A stretch of DNA of 64,000 nucleotides, from assembly GCA_965649765.1 (NCBI GenBank), contig OZ287753.1, forward strand, positions 63,922,001-63,986,000, given 5' to 3'. A program made the translations under genes and the position numbers. This document shows, piece after piece, positions 1 to 12,200 of the stretch. The notes beneath the pieces are model-generated. The model worked only from the letters and a program-made list of their open reading frames with translations. It searched no databases and had not been told where the DNA came from. Source of the DNA: Bispira polyomma (lineage: Eukaryota). Every line of letters starts with the position of its first letter. The first letter of the stretch is position 1.

Positions 1-1864
1 AAATTTCTGATTTTTAAAATTTACATTTTTTTTTCATTGCTTGAAAGTGATATTTTGTTGACGTAACATGTACACATATTGTCTCAAATTCACTTCATTC
101 TATCAAGAGCTTGTCTGTAAACTATTTCAGATAAGACTTAACGTTTTGTACATGTCACATTTGGCAGTATACACGTAGTAGCAGTAGCAGTCACTTTTTA
201 GAGGGCTGTCTTAACGCCAAGAAAAACTTTTTAAAGTTAAAAAAAGTCATCCAATTTATAGAAAAATGTATAGAAACTCTTTCTCATATTAATTTAAAGA
301 TAATGTATTCTACTCAATTTTTATTGCACTTTTTAATCATTCCAAAAAAAAATGGCACTTGCGTCACAAAATCATTTTCAAAATCAAATTTCTTGAGAGT
401 TATATTTGCAACATTATCTCTATATATGTGGCAAGTAAATGTTAATTTATTTGAAATGGCTTTTTAGATCATCTCAAACGATTATTAAGTATCCACCCTT
501 TAAAAAGTTTCAACATAATTTGAGTTACAGAATACCTGGGAGTTGAATAACACCCCTCTCAATAGGGTAGACGCTTTTCAGACGGTCCCTGATGTTAAAA
601 CCGCGTGTGTAACAATAGGCGTATTTCACAGACGAGAATCTTCAAATCTGAAATACATCAACATTTCACTAAACCGGTTCACTATTCGGTGCATTTCACA
701 ACCGAATCCGTTGATCCACGAATCTGGATTCGACGGATTGTGTCTGTGAATCACAATTAGATGGCACAGACGGGCCATTGCCTATATCCTAGAAACACAG
801 TGTACCCATTCAAGACATATTCTTTTCTTGAATTTCTTCCTCACAAGCAACCAAATATCTTATTACAGTCCATGCCACAGATATTCAAAATAGGAAGTCA
901 AAAAGATATATGTGAACATTATGGACAGTTTTTTAGGACGTCAGGGAGCAATATTCAGATTTTACAGTCACTACCTGCTATATATCTGGCTTTACTTGCG
1001 ATCTTTCAGGAAAATTCCACTTGTAATTTATAAATTGCCGTGTCAGAAATGTTCAAACTTATTTTGGGGGACAGAACAGAACTTTAACTATGGTTTTTAG
1101 ACCATTTATAAATTTGTGCCAAATTAAAACACCATGTGCAAATTACAATGCTGGGCACTGCTATAGTGATTTGGGTACGGTTTTGGAGAGAATGGTACTT
1201 TTACACCACAACGTCTGGGGCTAAACAATGTTCCTTAAATTGTTGATATTTTTTATTCGTATACTGTATTGGCATATGACTATAATAAATAAAAAAATAA
1301 AATAAAGACTAAATTATTGGCGAACCAAAAACTAAGATTTGTACGGCTAAAGTGACCAATATGACTAAAGTTAATATTATTTCAAATTATTGAGAGAAAT
1401 ATATTTGTTATTACCTATTCAAATTTATGTATGTATACTGATAAGATTTAGCAAATGGCTAAGTTAACATCTCATACTAGGGTTATAAAATTAACTTATA
1501 TATGAAATAAATATCCATTCTGGAAATACTGTGTTTGAAACATATCAATTCGTACATTCAACTTGTTTCGACAAACATATGGAGCTAATTCTTTGGATTT
1601 GATCATTTTAAATCCCACCTAAACATGTGGTACAAGTCTTCCAATAACACTACCAACAGTTTGTACATTCTTATAATATGTTCTCTGATTGGGTGTAATT
1701 AAGTTTGTGAATTAATGTCACAAGTGTTATCAGTGCTGATTTTACATATGTAGCAAAACCTGATTTAGTGACATCCAAGTTTGTCAGTTAACATCGATTT
1801 CACAGCTCTGACAAAAACGGTTTGCTTATATTTTATAAAAAAATTTAGGGTTTCAAGTCATATG

Positions 1865-2128
1865 AATGAAATAGGAAATAGGACATTTGTTATAGCACAC
1901 TTGCAGAACACAGCGTCCTTTCAAATGCGCTTCCTCATAGGCAGCCACTATGGGCACCGAGGCTTGCTTGAGGATGACCATTTACCAATGTCCCCAAGGA
2001 TCTTTAATCTGCCACTGGAAATATTACTCAGTGACAGAGGACCGCCATTTAAGTGGTCATCCGAGCCACTAGGCAAACTAGGACCCTCTGATCATCAGAC
2101 CAACACCCTAACCACTAGACCACGGGGG
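1865..2128 (-). mobile_element. tRNA-derived SINE
   Basis: Minus strand begins CCCCGTGGTCTAGTGGTTAGGG (pol III A-box), has a central GGATGACCACTTAAATGGCGGTCC...AAAGATCC segment resembling Nin/Deu-type SINE domains, and a short-repeat tail. Second copy at 45630-45843. Confidence 0.75.
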
Positions 2129-5100
2129 ATATGTACTTCTGCATTATTGTCCAGTTTTATATAAACCCAAAATACGGTTGTTTGAGGTTGTAGTGATAGA
2201 AATATGTAAAAGTATCAACATTGTGACCAGAATACTGAAGGTTTACTTTAACATTTTAATTCTTAAAAAAAAAACTTTCTTATGGAAAGACGTACCAGAA
2301 AGGATAGACGTATAAAGCAAATCACTATGTGGTCACTAAGATATTTTATATCCATAAACAAAATATCAATGTTTTTAAGATTAGTGTGACAAAAGTCATT
2401 TTCCTGTTGACTTCATGAGATAGAAAACACTTCGCCTACGCTTCCTTTTAGCACATTCCGACGTCGGCCGATTTGTGTGTGGCCGAGCCGATCCGACGTC
2501 GGCCGGTGTAGCGTTTCCTTTCATCAAATGTGTGATACACTTCACTCATGTACAGAATATTTTTGGAAAATGGGCAAGAAGTTAATATTACTTATTGAAA
2601 AAACATTGATGATTTTTAATGCATACTGAATAGACTTTAAAGAAGACATTGAGGATTCATTAGATAATGAATAGACAACTTTACCACTTCTTTAAAACCA
2701 CATAATTGCAAAGTGGTTTACTATTCAAAAAGGAATAAACACCGAAAACTATATCAGTTTATGTGTTATATCCCAAAATTGAAATACAATCTATATTTTT
2801 GCCAGATAAGAATAGGTTTTTGACACTTTCAGATAAAAAACATGAAGGTATTTAAAAGAAATCTTGATGAAAGAATTAATATGTAACCTTTGTAAGCATT
2901 TGTTCAAGTTTTAAAAATATTCTAGTTTATATTTTAATATTATAATACAAACTAGGTACAACTGAAACTCTTGCTTTTTTAGATCAGTTTCAACTAAGAA
3001 TGTGTATCCAAAAAACCAAAATATTGATTTTGTATCAGAAATGTGAATTTATGAATTTATTATTTACTGTTTAAAAGGTAAAGGTAAACTTACAGTTATT
3101 GGTAAAACTGCAACTTCAGCATGGTTCATTGTGACTGGGTATTATTAATAAGTCATATCTGCTTGGTTTGTAATATATGTATGCTATATCACTATAATAA
3201 ATGAATAGAGCTAAATAAAATGCATATATGAATTCAGTAACTAATAAAGCACTAACCAGCAATACAATACAGTTTTCTTTTTCTGTATCACCACTAATTA
3301 TGTCTAAAATATGACGTATTTCCTCATAATCCACCTGCCACAATAAAGCTATGAACTGTTTTGTGTTTAATTTTCAATACAGCAGTTCAAATCCCAAGTG
3401 AAACAATGTCAGATTATTTAAAATCCCCCCCCAACAAACAAAGGTCACACGGGGATTGAAACATACAACATTGGCTTTGTTATTTGCCCGTTAATTGCAC
3501 TTTTCCTCTTAACCAGTGTAACTGATGTCTTTGTGGTACACTAATCCTATTAAGGTGCAATGCTCATACCGGAGTAATAAACAAAATGGCCTTTTAATTG
3601 TGTGTATGTGTTCGAGGAAAACATATGTATAAAAAAGCTTTTTTCTCGGTGAATTGGTCAGTTATACTTTTGCGACTTAAAACAGCAGGAGAGTTTTTTG
3701 TAAACACTGGATTAAGTCTGAATGCTTATTTAATTTGGTGTATTGACCTAGCTGAGAAAACTTGTAAACTTTCAAAGTGGGCCTAAGAGAAACTCTATTA
3801 CAAGAGGTGTTAATTAGCAGAAACATATATTTATTTTCTTTATAACTCGTCTTACGTAATACACGGCATTACATTTATACAGTTTATACTTCTTTACTTG
3901 AAGAGGGTTTGGTTAGACCCAAAATAGATCTCTTTGTGGACAAAGAATATACAGAAAAAAAAAACCTTTTCTAATTTGGGTAGGATTTCTATAAATATTT
4001 TCTTCTTGTGTTACATAACTTGAATCAAAGATTTTTTGGGGGGTAGTATAATAAGTCTACCACTTTATGAAGAATAAGTTACGTGCTTGTTTCTTTTAGG
4101 AATTTTATTCTTTAAGACAAATTTGCATAAACAAGAGCATTTTACCGTAAAAATATCTCCACAAAGGCGTGAAAGTGGGAAGTGTCAAAAGACACACGTC
4201 ATATGACTGACAGCTGTTGTGCCCGCCCACCACTGTACAGAAAGATCCACTCTTGTCTCTAATTTGCCAGAAGGGAACCCAAAATCTTTGGAAGAAATCA
4301 TTAATACTTTCGGGTTTCATCGAAGAAGGCGTTAATTTTCACGCATTGGCAAAAGAGAGGGACTCGGCTAGTGTGGCAGATATAGTATAGTATCTGTGCT
4401 CTTAAAATATAGATAATAAATATAAAGAGGATTAAATACATGTTGGTAATGGCTAGAAAACATTAGACCATTGTGACCACAGTGATCTCTTTCACGGATT
4501 AGATATTGTTTCGGTAAAATTGTGTGGAAAAATTTTATATATATTTTTTTGTAAGTTTACTCTTAGAAGGATTGTCTATCATATTAAGTGTAAAATCGTT
4601 TCACAAGCGATTTCACAGTGAAATATAAATATTGATGAAATAAGTAAACCAGGATTAAATCCAGAGAAGAACTCGGGAATAGTTAGAATTTTTATTTTCT
4701 GAATCAAGGCAGTTCTGTATTGAATTATATTTGGTGGCCAAAAAGGAAGGAACAAGGGTGAACAATCGCTTATTACTTAATACACCATAACACGTGTCAT
4801 TAAGGACAGTAACAATAGAAGTGATTGAACAGAGGTTGTCATCTTAATTATTCAGTTATGTAAACCATATAATTAGACTTTGTCTGGTAGTAACTAGTCT
4901 ATTCTTTCGTGGTGGGGAAAGCATAATTAGTTCATCTGCTTCAATATATACTCAAAAAAAGAGACAATTAAATAGAAGAAGACATTAGCTACTACACGTG
5001 TCAAAACGTGAATAGTGGTATCATTTGACAAAAAACCCTTTTGGTGCCAAAGACATTTCTTGCATCTATTTAAACATAGTGATCGAATATAGGCGGATAA

Positions 5101-5165
5101 ATAAACTATATAGTTGGGTGTGTATATTAAAATAAACAACGTCTTATATATAGCCTACACACACT

Positions 5166-6210
5166 ATGGAGCAGGTCAGTTTTCGTATCCAGACGCTTCT
5201 TGTCTGCTTCCTGGTAATCCTGAGACAGGGACACAGTAACAATGAATTCCTGAAAATCTTTGGACCTCAACAGAATCCACCAGATCCGTGTTACAATGAG
5301 CAAGGGGAACCCACCAAGTGTATCCCAGACTTTGTGAATGCAGCATTTGGCCGGAGCGTAGATGCTTCCAGTACGTGTGGGGAGCCACCCAGTCGGTACT
5401 GTAATACAGCGACCAGCGGAGGGAAAGTGGTGCGGAACTGTTTCATCTGCGATGCTAACCATCCCAAGAGACAGCACCCTCCAGCTTACCTCACGGACCT
5501 TAACAATCCTAACAACCTGACGTGTTGGATATCCGAACCCTTTGTGAACTACCAGCAGAACATCACGCTGACCCTGAGTCTGGGCAAGAAGTACGAACTC
5601 ACCTACGTCAGCCTCCAGTTCTGCTCCGCCAGACCCGACTCCATGGCCATCTACAAGAGCATGGACTACGGCAAGACCTGGGTTCCATTCCAGTTCTATT
5701 CCAGCCAGTGCGAGAAACTCTACACCAAGTCGCCGCGTGGGGTCATTACAAAGGCCAACGAACAGGAGGCCCTGTGTACGGATGCCTACAGCACTACAGA
5801 TCCCTACAGTGGGGCTAGGGTAGCCTTCAGTACCCTAGAGGGTCGACCCTCAGCCCACGACTTCGACAACAGCCCCGTGTTACAGGACTGGGTGACTGCC
5901 ACCGACATCATGGTCGTCTTTAACCGCCTCTACAGCACCCCGATCCCCCGCCAGGACAGTCGACTAGGCAGTGGTGGTGGTGATGGCGGGGCAGACAGAG
6001 AGAGCTACTACTACGCCCTCTCCGACTTTGCCGTGGGCGGACGCTGCAAGTGTAACGGACACGCCTCCAGGTGCATCTCGGACCGAGACGGGAACTTTGT
6101 GTGCGAGTGTAAGCACAACACTGACGGAGTGGACTGTGAGAAGTGCAAGCCTTTCCATTACGACAGACCCTGGGCTAGAGCAACCACCTCTGACGCCAAC
6201 GAATGTGTGG
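5166..6210 (+). CDS. NTN1: Netrin coding exon 1: signal peptide, laminin N-terminal domain VI and LE1 (V-1)
   Basis: ORF 5166-6218 is netrin-like throughout; donor G|GTAAGT at 6210/6211 after ...ANECV. Confidence 0.97.
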
Positions 6211-9200
6211 GTAAGTGATCATTACTGTCATTTACTACAAACCTCTATTATCTGAACTTCTCTTAATATGAATATATTACATTTTATGGACCATATGTTT
6301 TAATATTTATAATATTTTTTACTTATTGAATACTGCAGAACCTCTATTATCCAAACAAGATGACAAAGAGAAAGAATTTACTTTGAAAAAAATGATGTTT
6401 TAGTGTTAAATGTTAACTCAGAGAGTAAAAACTTATTGAGGTCCTTATATTCTATTTTTCATATTGGACACATTTTGGCACATATTAAATATATAATATC
6501 TGATTATATAATCCTTATATACACAGTATAGGACCATACATATATATATTACACATAAATATACCTATTAACTAGTATTTTAGTAATTTTGAATGGTTTA
6601 AATACAAAGTGCTTTTCTCTTGTTATCCCACATATATCAGAATTTCACACCCTCAGTGTGAAATCAGAACCACACATATAGGATCTTGTTGACAAAGTGA
6701 GGGCCCATTCTTTCATCTTTCTCTTCAAGCTACAATCTTCTTCATTCCCCCCTCCCTCTCTTCCACTAAAAGCCAGTGGTTTCTTCTCTGAATCTCTTGT
6801 ATACCCAAAACCTGACATTTCCTCTTCACCTGTGTTTTTACCACCTTTTTGATCAGTGTATGAAGGCTGCTGTCAAAACTACAGAAGAGTCTGGAGGTTT
6901 CTTTTTCAAGTAGGAAATCTAACAAGCAGTTTTTTTCCTCGCCTTCCTTCAAAATGAAATGCATGTGAAATCTTGCACACATCATCAACCAGTCATATGT
7001 GTGTATGTGCTTCAAATCCCAGATATATATATATATATTAATATCAAAACTGAACTACACTTTATACATCTGTGTCTAGCTTTTCGTTACTTTTTTTTAA
7101 ATAACATGCCTCTTATAATAAATTTCTACCCTCCCCCCCCCCCCCCCCCCTATAAAGTGATAGGGTGTGTAGAAAATCTGCAGAGCTAGGGAGACTCCTG
7201 AAAACCACATATGTTGTGGTTTCAATATTAAATAATAAATGCTTGTATCATTGCAAGTACACTGAAAGATTAATGCAACCAAAAAAAAACTACATTAAAT
7301 ACCTTTGATCATTTTAACTTTTAAACAAATTACTTTTGCCATTCAAGATTTTTTTTAAAACAACAGACGTTTATAGTTTGTGACAAACTTTTATAAAATA
7401 TACATACAACATAAAATCAGAAAATAAAATCTTCCAAACCTACTTATTTAAAGGTGTCATCTTCAAAAATAACCTCAGTAGTTGAATTAACTGTGATTAC
7501 AGGTGAGCTCATCAAATCTATGGGCCTGTAATTTCTTCCAGAAGACCTAATAACAAAATCCTTTTCCCCCTATTATCACCCAGTCATGAGATGACATTAT
7601 TTCTCCTTATTTTGTCTTTTTTAAACCCTTCTCACGTCCACAAATTAGTGTGGTCATGAAAACTATGTAGCTTTATACATGTATATAGATATGTGTATGG
7701 ACTATGGAGAGAGGTACACCCTTGGTACACAAGCCAGTGCAACCCTCTATGAAATTTTAATCTCTTTGAAAAATAAACAATACTTCAGACCCACTTTACG
7801 GCCAGAATTCTCTTCCTGTCATTAACCCCCTCCCCATGATATATAGAGATTTTCAAATATGCTTCAGAGGTTTTTGAATAAATAACTTTGAGTATCTCTT
7901 GAACCCAGCGGTAAACTGTACAATGTCCAGTGTAGAATGCAGTAAGGGGGTCCTCATGTTTACAAGCTTAACAGAAGATTTTTTTGTGGGGGGTTAGAGG
8001 GGGTGGGGGGTTAATTAATTGCTGAATTTAACCATCTGAATAGTAGCATTTGACTGGGGGTATGTTATTCTAGTGTAACTTTATATGGCACAAGTTTTGT
8101 GTATATGTGTGTGTATGGGCATAATTAGTACAACGTTATATACAGGCTGTTTGGGCAATATATGGGAGATTTGTGCTACTGCTGAGAAAACTACAGTATA
8201 AATTCAATTATCCGAAAATGTGCTAAATGAGGAGCAAGATTTTGTTTGGATAATAGAAGGTTCATATATACAAATTATAGAGACAAAAGGCAAAATGAAA
8301 ATTTGGGAGAGTATAAAAGTGTGTCTGTGTTCATAAAATCAAATATTTGAATAACAAGAGTTTGAGATAATAGAGGTTCTACTGTATTTTTATGGACTAA
8401 AATCTAAAACATGAAAAAAAATTAACTGTGAGAAATTCTTCTTATTCTTCCCTGTGAAATATACGCTAGTGTCCTTCGTGAACTTTACTCCTTGGAATTC
8501 TGTTGTTGTTTTTGTTCTTATAAAGTTACTAGCCATGTATACACACAGCAGTGACTAGGGACTGTTAATTAAATAATTACAACAGCCTGTGGTTGACTTG
8601 TAACACCCCCACTGGGAGATAATCTAAGACTTAATCCCATCACCCCCCCCTCTCCATTGGTGGCCTTAAAAAGGTGTATCTCTACATTTGAAGTAGTGGC
8701 ACTGACTTCACAGAGAGAGATGTGTTGTGAAGACATTTTTACCCCCCACTTGTGTATAAGGACACAGTACAAAACCTGTGAGTTATGTATTATATATAAA
8801 TACACACTTGTGTGGGGGGTTAGTCAAAATAATCACAGCTATTGACCATGAAAAAGGCTTGCTTACCAACTGTGGTGTACAATAACACACTCTGGATAGC
8901 AGTGTCTTGTCTTTTGGGATTATTATATGGTCCTGATCTATGAGAAATGCATGCATGCATTTGTGTGTGTGCGCCTGTGTTTGTAGGACAAACTTGTAAA
9001 AATTGTACACACTCCTAATTTGGCAAGAAAAATTGGGTGTGGACTGGTGAAGGAATTTTAATCCAGCACAGTCCGGTGTGTTAGCCAGATTTATACCCAC
9101 CTCACCCACCTTGTATTCTGCATGGCCCCCTATTTATATAGCACCCATTTGAAGCAAAAATCCTGTACAGAAAGTATCATTTATGATTAATCCATGCAAG

Positions 9201-12200
9201 CTTTAAAACAAAAAATTAAAAAAATCTGACAAAGTGATTGTGGTGAGTTAACAAAAGTTGTTACACCAGTGATTAGGGACTCGATTTTTATTTGTTCAAC
9301 CCTAAAAAAAAAGTCAACTACTTTTAAAACCATTCACTGGGGTTTCGGTCTTTCGGAATGTGACATTTTTTTTTTTTGTGTTAAGTACGAGTTTTGATAT
9401 ACCCCTGGTTTGTATTATCCCATATTTCCTGTAATATAAATCACGGTAAATCCTCAGTTCACGCCTGGTAGGATTCCAGTATTCACCCCCTGCCTTAATT
9501 GGAACTACAAACATTTCACATTTTTTTCATGCACCCTCCTTTATAAGCATGTTTTTACTACCACAACAGAAGTATACCACCCCATTTTAACTTTTGCCAT
9601 GTGGGGGGAAAAACTCGGGTGCACCAAAGTTTTATTAAAGAGACAGTTGACACAGGAACACGATAGTTGATTTAAGTTTGAGAGCCTTTATTATTTAAAT
9701 CAACTCTTGTACAAATGAAGGGGGTCATTTGTTAATGGTGTCATTTCTATTGGTTATTTTTCTTAGGGAGGTTATTTGACTACAAACGGATTATGATAGG
9801 GAAAATTTGGTGTAAAAGTCTGTACATGTACTGGGGGGGGGGGGGGGGGAGGGGGGAAGCTACTAGTATATATTTAGATTAGATCTATTTAAAATGAGTA
9901 GGGGGAGAGGGGGGGGTAGTCACTGCTGTGTGTAATATGTGTCTTAAGGATTCCCGTGATTTTAGAAAAAAAAAATTTTGTGTCCATTGTGATTTTTTTT
10001 TCTTGTCAATCGGCTTTAGAGCGACTTTGTTAAACTATATTATAAAAGTAAAGATCCAAATATCCCTAATCTGACGAGCTGGATAACAAACACCAAACAA
10101 TAAATACAACCACCCAAAGATATTATTGCAATCAAATATTAATGTAAAGATGCCAAATCCCATGTTTAGCTTTCTTTTAGGAAGGACAAAACACACTACT
10201 ATCTGTTACGTCTTATCTAAGCATCTATCTCACGATAACACATACATACAGATTAGTAGATAGAAGGACATGTAGGATACTCTTGATTAAGCAAATTGCC
10301 CACAAGCCAAGGGGAATGTTTGCAGACATTCTTTCCCATACTTGTATGACTGAATAAATGGTTTGAGGAGAGCAGTGCAGCAATGTGGATTGGCCATTAG
10401 GCGGAGTTCCTGAGAATAGCTACTTTCTGGCTAACCTTTCTATATACAATTTAATTCTCGGTCTTCAACAGTTCATTTTACATATAGAGTTTTATACTCT
10501 TCAGATATATTCTTATATTCAGCAACACTACACACTAATGAGTGAACAGGGCGGTGTGTAGTTTAAAAGGTCAGAGATAATCAGTATTTGATTAAAACTG
10601 TCACAGTAAAAAATGGCCTAGTCATTTGATTTCAAAAACTTTTAGACATTTGGGCATAAAATGTACCTAACTGACTTTAGACCAAATGGTTTCTTAAAGA
10701 AATGTCTCTTTGAGGTTGTTGATTCGTCAAGTAATTTAAACTAAGTAAATGTTTATAGGAAAGTGTCTGGGAAGCTTAGAGACTACTACATTTTTACCCC
10801 TATACTTATTTTCCTATCATAAAACCCCACCAAAAATGATATCACTACGGCCACTACATCTATATTACATCTTATTGACATACATACAGATTAACAAAAA
10901 ATCCGCCCCCCCCAAAAAAAAACAAAAAAAAAACAACAAAAACACACACCCTATATTGGATAAGCTTTTGTAGGCCATCCAGTCAGTGTATTTGTATAGA
11001 TTCACTTCTAAGATACACATCTATAACTGTGTACACAGGTACTCTTTCTGTATAGTATCCACTAATCTCCCCAGTAAGCTGTAGTCTGTAGGTTGTGCAT
11101 GTGTGTCTGTAATTTTGATGCTCACTTTCCTCCTTTGATGTGTTCAATCAAAGATAGAGGTGCAAATTGTCACCTATTATCACCAGCTAATAAGATGGAT
11201 GTCATTGGGCTGGCTATAGTTACAGCGGCTGGCCTTTAACTTACTCTCATCCGGTTGAAGGTTCTACACATAAACTGGTAATTCGTGGATCATTGTAAAG
11301 TCTATGTGACTAGAACGTACCCTAAGTGAAATCAATTAAGATAAGAAATGTCAATCAACATGATAAATACGAATAACGAAAAAATATTTACTGATTTCCC
11401 AAAATACATGAAGCATGATATTGTTTGATTCTTGTGGTTATCAAAAACTATATGAATTAACTTGACAGTTATAGTTAGTGTACATAATTTAGGACCCTGT
11501 AATTTAGTTTATACCATGTATTCATTTGAAATGGAATACAACCTTTTAAAAAATTATCCATTAGTGTATATTTTTAATTTTACAGAAAAAAAGATGTTAC
11601 CAACTATATTATAGATTCTAAAAACTGTTCATTGATATTTTTCCTCAATCTCTCATAACATAGATACACAAATAGAGAACAAATGTTCTGCCTCCTTCCA
11701 CTGTTCTAGTCTTCTCAAGGTTTACCAGATTCTCTGAGCAAAAGGTCCTTAGTATATATACAATGTGTAAGTTTTACTTTTGTAGTGAGATGAAGACAAA
11801 TAAAATCAGCATTCCCTACATACTCGCTTTAATTAGTAGGTTCCATATTCTTTTAAAGTTCAGCAGTTCTTCACAATACACACAGACTTGAACACAAATA
11901 TAGATTTGTCATCACAGTTTTACAAACATAGGCAGAAATTTACTGTGTACACGTTTTTTTTTACCTGCGAATCAAAAATAAAATATATTAAATAGAATTC
12001 AGAGTCGTATATAATATGAATATTTGATCAAGACATCGCATTCTAAATGCCCCTGTTTTTGCGTTAAGACTGGGAATAAGTGGGTTGGTTTTAGGTAAGA
12101 CCACAGCTGGTAGCTAATCAGTGTGTATAGCCTGATGGTAAGGTTTTCCCATAAACTACAGTCTGCATTTTTTTTTTACGATTTCTAAGATTGATGAAAT

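Noticed and set aside
200-1225. CpG-richer segment with short ORFs (543-1100), possibly a DNA-transposon end
   Set aside because: No TIR pair, TSD or transposase motif could be established within the window.
1781-2164. 127-aa ORF (and the similar 131-aa ORF at 45713-46108)
   Set aside because: Chance open frames across antisense SINE copies; the shared FKWSSEPL reflects repeat homology.
4100-5165. Netrin promoter / 5' UTR
   Set aside because: E-box and GC-box-like words are present, but the transcription start cannot be placed from sequence alone.
5127-6255. Overlapping alternative-frame and antisense ORFs within netrin exon 1
   Set aside because: Shadows of a GC3-rich coding exon; no independent motifs.
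9833-9916. Long G-runs (also C-runs at about 7133-7150 and 19322-19342) as G-quadruplex elements
   Set aside because: Homopolymer runs are frequent throughout this window; nothing marks these as functional.
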